DNA from: Octopus vulgaris
Lineage: Eukaryota
Assembly (NCBI GenBank): GCA_951406725.2
Contig: OX597821.1
Span: 38,936,001 to 39,000,000 of the forward strand
Direction: 5' to 3'
Length of the DNA stretch: 64,000 nucleotides
Shown here in pieces: positions 52,441-64,000 of the stretch. Position 1 is the stretch's first letter. Each line of letters begins with the position of its first letter. The notes beneath the pieces were generated by a model. That model was not told the origin of the DNA and ran no database searches. It saw only the letters and a program-made list of their open reading frames with translations. The translations under genes were made by a program, and so were the position numbers.

Positions 52441-53446
52441 TAATTATTATTGTGAGTTTTCCTTCTTTCAGGTTTGTTGCAATTTCTTGTCAATTGTCTT
52501 CCCGAAACCTAGAGCAAAGAAACTCACTGTATACATTGATAGGCCAGTAAATTAAACACACCAGATTGTTCATTCAGTGTTTTTATGTTTTACTTTTAAT
52601 CTGCATGTTTGTTATAATCTCTTCCTGAGACACACCCAGCGTCCTGGGGCAAGTGTAGGATGAGAGATGACTAAAAGCTTGGGGAGGGGGAGTGGCAGTA
52701 GCAGTAGTGAAATATCTTCATGTAATACAACACAGACATTTAAATGGATAGGATTTTTCTGAGGATGTGGGCAGTACTTGTCAGCACAATCTTTTGGATT
52801 TCTCTGAGACATGGTTCTCCTGAGATCTTATCTAGATGTTTCTCACGCCCCTTTTTTTTTATCATATTTAGGGCACCCACAATATCAGGAGCAGTTCTTG
52901 TTTTTAGATGGCACATCTTTTGTATTTCAATTTCCAGGTCCTTATATATACTTAATTTGTCAAATTTCTTGACAGATATAGTTGTATCAGTGGGAACACT
53001 TACATTTATTAGTCTACAAGGGTTTTCCTCTCTGTCTTTAATAATTATGTCTGGTCAATTATCCTGGATTATTCTGTCAGTGTTGACTGGAAAATCTCAG
53101 AGGATAGTGACATTTTTATCTTCAATGACTGGCTCAGGATGATGTTCATACCAGTAAGGAGTGCTGATTTTGTAGTGTTTACATATATTCCAGTATAAAT
53201 CCTGTCATATCCTATTGTGGTGAGTTTTGTATTCGTTTGATGTCAACACAGGACACCCTGAGATAAGATGGTCTATTGTTTTGTCAAATGTGTCACAGAA
53301 TCTGCATTGAGGGTCAGAACAATTTTGAAGAACGTTAGCCTAGTAGTTTTTGATAAGCAAGCTTTGATCTTGTGCTGCCAATATGAAACCTTCAGTCTCT
53401 GCTTCCAGTCCTGAGCTTCTCAGCCACAGATAGGTTGTGGCTAGGT

Positions 53447-54467
53447 CTGGATCTCTGTGGTTTCTACCACTGTTTACAATTTTGTTCCATGTTTTCAAAT
53501 TTGGTATATGAATTAAGTTTTGTATTCTAATTATGAAAATGAAATAAATTTTCCCTATAAATCCATAATTAAAAAGTTATCAGCCTTTAAAATTTGGAGA
53601 ATTTGGGTGTTTTAGCCAATCAGAAGTGAATATTTTACGCATCACCATGGCGAAAATCTCTGTTTCCATAGTAACCAAAGATGCTGCACGTGTGCACAAA
53701 GAGGAGATGCAAGAAAGATAACCGACTATAATAATGCACTTGTGTTTTTCTCTGTCACAACATATGAATGAGAAAGGAAAGGGTGATGGCAAACTGGTAG
53801 TGGGAGTGTTTCAACTCTGTGTGAGTATATGTGTGTGTGTATGTAAAAGGGAAGTATGTGAATGTGTGTGTAACAAATGATGATCGATGTCACATCTCAA
53901 AAGACAACCACTAGATAACATTGACAAGTGTATTAATCTGATTTACCATCCATATGTGTATATAAAATGCTACAATTAGCTGTTATATTTGATGGCATGG
54001 GGCCAGCTACTTTATTTTTTAAAATTCCTAGAGTGTATTGCAAACTTTCATTTTTGAATTTTTTAAACTAGTAGATGTCTGTTTTAAACAATGTTTTGAC
54101 TGTTATTTCTAGCAACTTTTGTTTGTTTGTTTGCTTGTAGCTTTTAAATATTTAATTTGCTTGCAAAGGTTTTAATGTTAACTTCATTCGTGTATATTTT
54201 AATGTTTCGACTGTTATTTCTAGCAATGTTTTGACATGTCGATGTCCCTGCCCCTAATGATGGAAAAGGCAGTGAACGTGCTGTTTTCTGATAGACTGAA
54301 AATTATCAAAATTATTAAAATTTGAACACCTGTAATATTTTTGCAAAATTTTTTCTGAAATAAGTGAATAACAAATTCAGATTCAGCATCAAAAATTACA
54401 TTTATATGATACTTTACAAAATTTTTTAAAAGATAATTGTAAAAGGTGATGCAAGCCAAAAAGATCT
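53447..54467. mobile_element. non-autonomous DNA transposon (~1.0 kb, ~33-bp imperfect TIRs, superfamily unassigned)
   Basis: ggatctctgtggtttctaccactgtttacaatt pairs imperfectly with aattgtaaaaggtgatgcaagccaaaaagatct; flanked by CTAGGT at 53441-53446 and 54468-54473. Confidence 0.65.
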
Positions 54468-54501
54468 CTAGGTTCACATCAGCATTTCGACTTTGAAGTA
54501 T

Positions 54502-54889
54502 CTTACAAACAATAACTCTGAGCACCTTTTCAAACTCCATCTGTCTAACACCCGTGGACATGTTTGCAAAGTCAGAAAACAGCACAGCTCCCATGACTTT
54601 CGGAAACATTTTTTCATGTTAAGAGTTGCTGAAGCAAGGAACAAACTGCTGGCATCAGTTGTTAGTTGTCGGAGCACTGCATCCTTCAAAACTTCCATGC
54701 TTCCTGAGATTCACCAACACTACACCTGATTTTCTCCCCTCCATACACACACAAGCATGTATCTGACTCATACACTGTTCACTTCCCAGACATTTGTACA
54801 TTACTGCTTATGCTTTATATGCACTTTTGACAAGTTGTGGTGCACCTGAGCACTGTATACAATAATTTCATTATTATTATTATTATTAT
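54502..54889 (+). mobile_element. CR1-clade LINE 3' end with (TTA)n tail
   Basis: NTRGHVCKVRKQHSSHDFRKHFFMLRVAEARNKLLASVV...SFK; AAGTAT duplicated at 54496-54501 and 54890-54895. Confidence 0.88.
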
Positions 54890-57284
54890 AAGTATATACT
54901 GTCCTTGCAGAGGCTTCTGGCTCCACCGCACCTCAATTTGTTTCTGCCCATTCTGTTTTTGCAGTATATTTGATCCATATTGCTTGTCTTGTGGCAGTGA
55001 TTTCAGGTTCTTTGTCTATTTCAAGGTTAATGCTGAGTTCCCTTGCAGATTTGCAAGCTTCCACGGCAGTAGAATGTGACTTGTTACTGTTTTCATGTTT
55101 GCACAGAAGCCGCAGCATCCAGTCTTCTGTACTAGACAGGTACCTGTTCATTGCTATTGCGGAAGTCTTATAGCACACTTCTACCTGCATCATTCCTCCT
55201 TCTCCTCCTCCTCCTCCGCATCATCATCATCATTACTATTATATTTCTTGGAAAATACATGAATAAACTCTACACCATGTACTGCATGCTGCATTCCTCT
55301 TTCAATTACAAATTAACATTTGTATATTGTATATGTGTATATATGTATGTATATTTCTATATCTATACACACACACACACACACACACAAACAAACACAC
55401 ATATATAAATATATGATAATGTGATTACGAGTCTGCATGAGCTTACCCTTAATCCATAAAGCATCTGCTGTACATTTCTACTGATATACTCTGATATAAT
55501 TTACTTAACACTTGCTGCATAAAGAAAAAAAAGTAAGTTAGTAACGAAATATCTGTGACATTCAGTTCAAAACCAGGAGCTAATTTAATGCTTGCTACTC
55601 TTCTGTTTGTCTCTCATTCTTTCTAAAATGTGATATTTTCCATTCCATTTGTTTGACTTTGCTAGCTTTCCTATCACTCATTCATCAATCTTACTTCATG
55701 GATACATGCCAATTTCTTCCTTTAGAACAACAGAAGGCCACTGAAGTTATAAACAACCACCTCATGTAACATTTCTCCTCACGTCTTTCTCTCTCTCTCT
55801 CTCTCTCTCCCCCCCTTTCTCTATTGTCTTCAATATTGCGGTCGTGTTGAAGATAATAAATAGACAACTTCTGTCCCTTGCTGAAAGAAAGTTGCTTTTT
55901 AGTTGTTCATCTGTACTTTGGGAAAAGCAACCTATAATTTATTGTCTTCGATGCATGCTGTCTGCTTCACTGAAAGTAAAGCTGTTATGCTTTAGTTCGA
56001 ATGATGGTTTTCTACAAGACTAAAGCTCTGTAAATCTAAATTGTTTGTGTATTTCTTTACTGTTTCCTTTCATAGATATTCACTAAAATTAAATGTCGAT
56101 ATTTAGTGGATATGATACTAAAGTTCCCAGGATAGGGTGCCAGTCTTTTACAAGTATGTCCTTGTGTAGGCAAAAATCTAATTCAATAAATTGTGCCATT
56201 GCAAAGTATATTAATTTCACAGAGTTTCGACTGTTTTAAGTCATCAATGGTACCAATTCACAGTAAGTACATTGAAAGCTCGACTTGGTCAATGAGATTG
56301 AGTGTCTTGATTCATCACATAACTACAGACAGAATGCAAGCCCCTGGCCCTCGATTACTTTATATGTTTGGACATTTGTGCTCTCATAATGTGGGTTAAT
56401 TTAAAGAAAGAGAAAGCAGCAAATATTTTTTATCAGAAAACAAAATGTAAATCAGGGAAACAAAGTAGAGAAAATTCTGTAATGATAGCATTGCAATAGG
56501 AACTAACGGAAACATTTCAATCAAATTAAATTTCACAAAACTGTTTTTCTTTTTTTGTTGATGTTTTATATGAGATGCTACCAATGTTTGGTTGCCTTTT
56601 TTTCTTTTTGGTACCTAAAGATAATGCTTCACTTATGCATAAGGTATATAACATCAGAAGTTTGCAAATAAAGCCATAATTAGAACTAAAGCCTAGATCT
56701 AATGGCTAATCTTATCTCTACAAAGTATATAACGATATATTTGCTTATAGTGGAGAAATATATACCTTGCTGGTGATACCTACTTAAAATTGTCTAACAT
56801 TAGATGTAACGCCGGATATAGGGAAACATTGGATACTTTAGTTTATAGTACAACATCCTTGTGACTCATCAATTTTGGGATGATTCCTTCAATGTTGACA
56901 TGTGATCTATAAATCTGCTGCAATGCTCACATCATTGTAAATATCTCCTAATCTTGGAAGGGGACTTAGAGTTATCTTTAGTTGGGTGATGTGTTAAGAT
57001 GTCATAAATCTCTTTCTGTTTCGTTTACCAAATCGTTCTCATAAGTTGTATCTGTTTTTAACTGCCAACTGAACTTGGGCATGTAGAATTCAATGTAGTA
57101 GCCCAACTGCAAAATGAAATATCTATTCCCCATTTCTTATGTAAATAAATTAATTAGCCACTTCAAATACATTTCCAAAATTTAGAGTAATACAGAATCA
57201 ATGCATCCATTATACTTTGAATGTTTTGTTCTGTGTAATGTAACAATCAAGAGTCAGCTACAACATGCTGTGCAATTGTGTTGA

Positions 57285-57430
57285 GAGTTTTGACTGGTGA
57301 CTGTTAAAACATGGGCTGAGTGAATGTAACTCATGCAGTTTTGAGTGGTGACTGTATTAAAAATAGGCTGAGTGCACCTTGTACAGTTTTGGCTGAAGAC
57401 TATATTAAAAAGAAAGTAAACTGAGTGTGA
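57285..57430. repeat. degenerate ~50-bp tandem repeat (3 copies)
   Basis: agttttga(c/g)tggtgactgt..aaaa...ggctgagtg recurs three times. Confidence 0.6.
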
Positions 57431-57481
57431 CTAGTATAGAAAAAGATTCTAATTGTTTGGGATATACTGTCTGGATGTTAA

Positions 57482-57708
57482 GATGGCGAGCTGGCAGAAA
57501 TATTAGCACACCGGGTGAAATGCTTAGTGGTATTTCACATCTGTCGTTACATTCTGAGTTCAAATTCCGCTGAGGTCGGCTTTGCCTTTCATCCTTTCGG
57601 GGTTGATAAATTAAGTACCAGTTATGCACTGGGGTCGATGTAATCAACTTTAGCCCTTTGTCTGTTTGTCCCCTATCTTTAGCCCCTTGTAGGCAATAAA
57701 GAAATGAG
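57482..57708 (+). mobile_element. SINE family B, full length, with an 18-bp TSD
   Basis: atactgtctggatgttaa at 57464-57481 and 57709-57726; body close to 37490-37726. Confidence 0.93.
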
Positions 57709-60129
57709 ATACTGTCTGGATGTTAACAGAGTTTTAGATCAGAGAGAGCCAGGGAATATAAACTTTACCAGAATCTCACTTATAAGATGCTACCCTTTAG
57801 GAAATTCATGTTTGTCAATGCTAAAAAGCAAAACATCTAAACCCGAGAAATAGTTAACATAAAAAACTCCTCAATAGCGAAATCAGACTCTGGCTGATTT
57901 TAATATCACTTAATCCATGTGTCTTTTTATTCTTTGTGTTTTTGCACATATCCTAACGTTTTCAGTTGACACATCTAACATGGCAATATTAAATAAATTT
58001 AGATATCTTTCTTATTATTGGAATAACTCCTCAAATATTTGTCCAAAATATGATAGCAATACTTTATTGCTCTCATTTATAACCTGGTGTAAATATCATT
58101 ATCATCAATATCTGATCTAATAATATATTTTTATTAAATTTTTTTACCTCATATTTCTTTAAGTTTTTACAGCAGTCATATGCAAAAAGAATACTTAAAT
58201 CCTATTCTGTTAAATTAATTACTAAATTAAGTTTACCTTGTAATATGAAAATAGAATTTTTTATAAGGCAGAACCTAAAATTTTCTCTTGAAAGCTGCAC
58301 AAATTTAGTTCTTCAAATTATGGAAGTTTAGCTTTCTCTATTTATAGATGTTTATATATCTAGAAACCTATGAAGTGGATTCTGTTTTATTCGCTTATTC
58401 TTATTTGCATCAATTTATATTTTAATCCCATGCTACCTCCCCTCAGGCATTCTTAATTTATTCATCTCGCCAATTCTCATAATCCACATTATGCCCACCA
58501 CCTCCACACTCAAAACTAATCACTATATCCCCTTTTTCCTTCCCATGACATCCACTTTCTAGAATCACTTCCCTGCAGATATTTCCTTTAATTTATAACT
58601 GTTTCTGAGGAATAGGCTCATCTCACTTATCTTGAAGAGTCTGCAAAGGCTATGGACACTGCTTCTGCATCTATATCAAACCAGTAAATTAATCACTTTT
58701 GTATTGAGTACATCAATATTTTTATACCACCACTGTTGCAGAGATATTCATTGTCTCTGTTTAGTTCCTGATCAAGAATACTAGCATTTCAACCATGACC
58801 ATCTCATCACTTTATATATTTAAAACTACATTATCTATTATGAACTTTCTTTCTTAAGACAAAACTGTGTGATCTTAGAAAATCTAGTTGCTGTTTCAAG
58901 CAGGTTGAGTGACTATGTCGATGCTCTCTCATTGGTTCATTTCCAGTTTAAATTTTCTCTATTGCACTTTAAAAGATAACTACATTTTTATGACTAGAGT
59001 TTTATTTTTACCATTTCGCTCTGATTTGAATCTTCTGAAGTCCCCTCCTCCCTCAAATTTCCTTTAACTTATCTATTTCTGTTAAACCTAAGTTATTTAT
59101 ACTCATCTTTACAACCTGTTTTATGATATCGTTAACTGCTAATTATACCTCATTACTCTCCACCATCTTTACTGCTTTCATTATGAAAACTTTACACATT
59201 TTAATCCGTAATTGAATCCTAGTATTTTCCCTAAATCCCTGTATTATTTTGTAGTAAAAAGGAATTTTGATGTTCATTCTTTGCAAACAGATAAAAGCCA
59301 GCCATAAATAGGCAATTTATCTTAGGTTGCCCACCTTTAATAACATGCACATCTTTTGTAGTATTTTCTTCTTTATAGCAATGTTAAAATGCCATATATA
59401 TCACAAAAAAAGGTATAGAGATCAGTTATTACACTAAAAGATTCTTCTATTCATCTTAATTCTTCCTAACTTTTAATTTTGTTTTGTTTAATCACACTCT
59501 TTTACTTACAGCCTTCTTGAATTCACTGCTATCCCAATAATCTCCAAGTATTCTATTATGCAAGAATAAGGAATCATGTTATGGGATTTTTATCACCCAA
59601 CCTTGCCATTGTAACTAGAATCTTGGCATATGAATTTATCTATCAGCAATAGTTCTTCAAATTGCTTTACTAGTGGAAGAATACCATAGCTCTCTCCCTG
59701 TCAGACTGTCTGTCTGTCTTTCTGTGTGACTGTGTGCATGTACATTTGAGTGCAGGAAAGTTATTTTTCATAAAATTAAAAGAATAAAGAAATGAAGTTA
59801 AAAATGGTTAAAAATGCACTTAGAATCTTTAAGAAGATTTATCTAATATTAACTTAAGTTTCACTATTTCAAAATAATTTTCAAAAGTTGTGTCCATTGG
59901 TGAGATGTAGAGTTGCACCATGACTGTCTTGGTGCTGATTGAACTTGCATAACTCCCTCCTTTTTTATGGTAATTTCCCATATACGATACAGCCAAAAAT
60001 GCATCCCGAAAATTTTAGGGATGGAAGATTCTAGTTGTAAGAAGTGGACAGTGATGGTCATGGAAACTATGGAAGCCAGAGTAAAGGAAAATATATAATG
60101 CAACTGCATCTTACAGCGACAATACAGAA

Positions 60130-60220
60130 GCAACCACTACCATTACCACCACTACCACCACCGCTACCAAAACCACTACTACCACCACCACCACCACTGC
60201 CGCTACCACCACTGCTACAA
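60130..60220. repeat. (CCA/CTA)n trinucleotide repeat
   Basis: Directly visible; accounts for the Pro-rich and Gly-rich ORFs. Confidence 0.9.
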
Positions 60221-62069
60221 TCACCCCATCCATCGTGGATCCCAGCAACACCAGGTGCAACTGTAGCATAAACAATAGCCACAAGAGGCATTGCAAAGGT
60301 CAGCTCCTCTGCAAGTACCACAAGAATCAAGAAGTTCAATTGAGAAGAAAAAAAAGAAATTTTTCTGTCTTAATTGAATTGTTAATTAACAGGGATAATA
60401 AACAAGGGAAAGTGAATTTACTTACTGATTGATTAATCATGTTCATTTGATTCCAGGATTGTGAAGAAAGAAGATATAAGGTTAAAAAAAGATCAGAATT
60501 CCTTAAAATTCGAGATTGTGAGAATTTGGAATACGAAACCAGTAAATGTTGTACTTGTGAAAATTGATTGATTAGAAACATAGGCAAATGGTTGCAAGAG
60601 ATTTGAATGGAATGTCCTGTAGAGTTCTAGAGAAGGTTTGGCTCTTAAGAACAAGAAAGATCATTAAAAGGATTCTGAGCACTTGATGGCTTCTTGAAAT
60701 CTAAGGGTAATTTGGTGGAGGCTAATAGTCATTGTGATGATGATTATGACATCAAAGGAGGCCCAAGTACTTTCACACACACTCATATACACATGATGGA
60801 ACTTTCACCAATTAAATTCATTCACAAGGCTTTGGTCAGACTGGAACACTGCTAGGCACAGATGTCTGGATTCCATTCATGCTAAACAAAATCAACCTCT
60901 CTGCTACAGGATATCAGTTTGTCAAATCATTTGTCCGTAGATGTATTCAGCATCAGTGTGGGACAGTACTGCATCATTTGACAATCGCTGTTATTGTTCT
61001 GTATATGATGGAGCACTTTTGTTAACATTTCCAAAATGAAAAAAAAAAAAATGCACATTTAGCAATATACAAATTGTTGCAATACATCAAAGATACTCAA
61101 AAACAAAAAAAAACCCAACTAAAATAAACTAACTTCTAATTACAGTCAATAGTAAGAGGCTGTTTATTTAATTCTATGTGAAAGCATTTTGAAATTAAAG
61201 AATTTCGTCTTTCTAGCATGAGCTATACTCCCACTGTAAGTTTCAAACATTACAAAATATATTAATTCCCTGAAGAAAATTTCTTTTCTTTCTAACACAA
61301 GTTAAAAATATTTTTGAATTAAAAAGAAATTCTTTTCGATTTTCTAATGGCTTAAATATTATATTGAGTGGATAAAGTATGTAAATTCCAATAGACATCA
61401 TATCTGTCGCTTAGAAAAATTGATGGAAAATTTTTTGCATTATTTAGATTTGTGAAAAAAATATTCTTTCAATTAATATTCTACATCAAAGACGTCATAA
61501 AAAGACTTAACGGAAGAAAGTTTAAAGAGTTAAAAGAGGTATTTCACTTAAAACGCAACATTTCAGAGGCAATTACCATTAGTGCAACAGAATGACAGTT
61601 TTCTCAGCTACTTTTCAAAGCAGTGTCTTCATTAATATATTTAATTTGTCCAAATTATCTTCAAGAAACCTTCCTTTTTTAAGTCAAATATTTAATATTT
61701 CCCAATTATAATCTAATCACACGATTTGTTCAGTTGTTAAAATCATTATGATAAAAAACATTTCTATATGTATTATATCTGTTTTATACACACACACACA
61801 CATTTTTTGCATCATAACAATTCTATATATATTATTGTTTTCAAATAACCTATACAAAAAAAAAATACAAATTATTTTTGCCATAGAAAATACAGGTTTA
61901 TGATTATTGTTATTGGACTTATTAACCTGTAGCCTTAGATTTCAAGAAGCCATCATGTGCTCAGAATCCTTCAGATGATCTTTCTTGTTCCTAAGAGCCA
62001 AACCTGTAGAACTCTACAGGATATTTCATTCCAATCTCTTGTATACATGTGTGTGTACTTGGGCTTCCT

Positions 62070-62310
62070 TTGATATCATCATCAACATCTCCATTACTCT
62101 CCTCTTCCTCCTTGTCGTTGTCATCATCATCATCACATCACGTAATGTGTACTTTTTCATGCTTACATGAGTCACATGGAATTAGTTGAGGCAGTTTTCT
62201 ATAGCCAAGTGTCCTTCCTGTCACCGACCCTCATCTGTTTTCACGTAAGGTAATATTTCCCCATGGCTGAACATTTTTTCACATGGAAGACTGGAAACGA
62301 ACACCCTTGC
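62070..62310 (-). mobile_element. SINE tail type 2 (decayed)
   Basis: catcatcatc...ttttcatgcttacatgagtcacatggaattagttgaggcagttttctatagcc...ccttcctgtcaccgaccctcatctgttt. Confidence 0.6.
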
Positions 62311-63119
62311 TTGTCTAGACATGGATATAGATCCCCCCCCCCCACATGTCTCTTGAACATGTGTAGCTCTCCATCTGTGCTTTCAGATATGAAGATGCTG
62401 TGTCTCCCAGATGAAGTAATATAAGATGGTCAAGATTTGTGGTAAGATATATAGTGAATCTAACCATTCCACAATAGTCTGCAGTGACATATGTGAAGTC
62501 TGCAATGAGGATAATTATGCAGGTAGAAATTTATAAGTATCTGTAAATTATTAAAACAAGTATTAATTAAAACAAGCATGCAATTAATTAAAAAAAATGT
62601 TTTTGTAATCCATGAATCATAAATGCACATTACGACAAATCTTGATCATCTTAAATTATTTCATCTGGGTGACACAACATCCTCATCTGATGACACAGGA
62701 GAGATGGAGAGCTATGTGTGTTGAGGAAGCAGAGTGTATGTGTGTGTTTGTACCTAGCAGTTTGCACAACGATATAGAGGTTTCCTCTACATGGTCCTAT
62801 GAACTGCTAGACATAGTGGCAGGTCAAAAGATGAGGTGTAGAACAGACAATAGCAATAAACAAGACCATCAATAATATCTCTTGCAACTAAGTAGTCACA
62901 AGCCCAAGTTTTAGAATTGATGAATAGAAATGACTACATTATATCTAGTGGAGCATATTCTAATAAAGTCAATTAGGGAAATTAAGGATTCCATATGAAA
63001 TTTGAAGGGAGAGGAATTCAGAACTTTTAGACCCAAAACCAAATACTGAAAGGGACTTAGTCTGGTGCTGCATTGTTCTTATTTACTCTAATTTTGGTAG
63101 AAGGAGAGCAAATCCAGAG

Positions 63120-63290
63120 AAGTGGGTAGTCAATTACATTGTCCTCAGTACTCAACTGGTACTTATTTTATCGACTCCAAAAGGATGAAAAGCAAAGTTG
63201 ACCTTGGCAGAATTTGAACTCAGTAATGTAAAGACAGACGAAATACTGATTAGCATTTTGCACTGCATGCTACTTATTCTGCCAGCTTGC
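63120..63290 (-). mobile_element. SINE family B
   Basis: caactggtacttattttatcgactccaaaaggatgaaaagcaaagttgaccttggcagaatttgaactcag. Confidence 0.85.
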
Positions 63291-64000
63291 TTCTATCATT
63301 TACTCTAATATCAGTATCTAAGTTTTAATTAATTTCCCAAGATCAACCAATAGCCTAGATTCAGTTAAACAACTTCTATTAAGTTAATTATATATCATTA
63401 ATCAAAAATATCTAGATTAACTGTGCTCCCACCAGATTATGATGGAAGTTTTTGAACTCTTTAAAAAGCAGCGACTTTTGTATTGTAAAACAGAAGTGAT
63501 TTCATGTGGTTTGGTGTGAAAAGGGTTAATGGTTTGTTTTTGAGAAGGCCAAAGACTAGTTTCAATTGGATCAACCCAATGGATTTCTAAGTTCATAAAG
63601 GATGGAAGATAAATTTTAAGCTTGTCAAGCTATGAATATAGAAAGATGTAACTAAATATTGTAAGACATCCTGTTCAGCTTTCTCCTGTTTCCGCCAGTT
63701 CAATATTAATAAGTTTGGTATTTGTCAAAAAGGTGAAGATGATGCAAAACAAATATATACAAAATAAAATAACAACAACAAAACAACATCAACAGCAGCC
63801 ATAATACATGAGGGAGCAAACACATTCACTACACAATGATTTATTACACAAATAATACTGACTTTATTGATTTGATGAGGTGAACAGTGTTTATGGGAGG
63901 AAAATCTTGGTATCTCTTTGACACCAAACACTCAGATAAAAACAAATCAATTCCTCGTATATGGCTTTTTATGGTGCAGTTCTGCTCACATAAATATTTT

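Larger units (their letters stand above)
52452..55203 (-). mobile_element. R4/Dong-clade non-LTR retrotransposon 3' half in three pieces (52452-53446, 54468-54501, 54890-55203)
   Basis: Minus strand: MMQVEVCYKTS...RWSQKPLQGQYIL/QSRNADV/DLATTYLWLRSSGLEAETEGFILAAQDQ, CCHC knuckle CRFC..HLISGC, RLE-type PDIIIKD, TAHILRKILSI stop at 52740; 3' end abuts (TAA)n. Confidence 0.9.

Noticed and set aside
55822-55858. 14-15-bp stem-loop after a (CT)n tract
   Set aside because: Too short for a pre-miRNA, three G-U pairs, plausible by chance
56223-56270. Possible 40-bp plus-strand exon (ttcacag...gtaagt)
   Set aside because: Poor polypyrimidine tract and no recognisable protein; expected by chance in 64 kb
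59864-60432. Pro-rich and Gly-rich ORFs
   Set aside because: Centred on a (CCA)n repeat; no splice or homology support

Overview
AT-rich, microsatellite-dense eukaryotic DNA in which I find no supportable host protein-coding gene; it is probably intergenic or a large intron. The repeat content (RTE LINEs with (GAT)n tails, tRNA-derived SINEs, long (TA)n/(TATG)n tracts) suggests a cephalopod, probably Octopus; this is inferred from pattern recognition only. The real coding remnants are all transposon-derived: three RTE LINE copies with a C4HC3 PHD-like finger inside the RT, a 1,655-bp Tc1 (DD34E, IR/DR) flanked by a ~158-bp duplication, a second decayed Tc1/mariner, an R4/Dong LINE split by two insertions, and CR1 3' ends. 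Non-autonomous Helitrons, piggyBac-type MITEs and many SINEs fill the rest. The most interesting signal is a set of short non-coding elements abutting (TA)n tracts that carry type I hammerhead-ribozyme motifs. The best example (49285-49975) is a 432-bp unit with a 128-bp terminal direct repeat, a perfect 130-bp inverted copy and an intact hammerhead core with a GUC cleavage site, resembling a retrozyme or Penelope-derived element. The long YI/IY ORFs are microsatellite artefacts.
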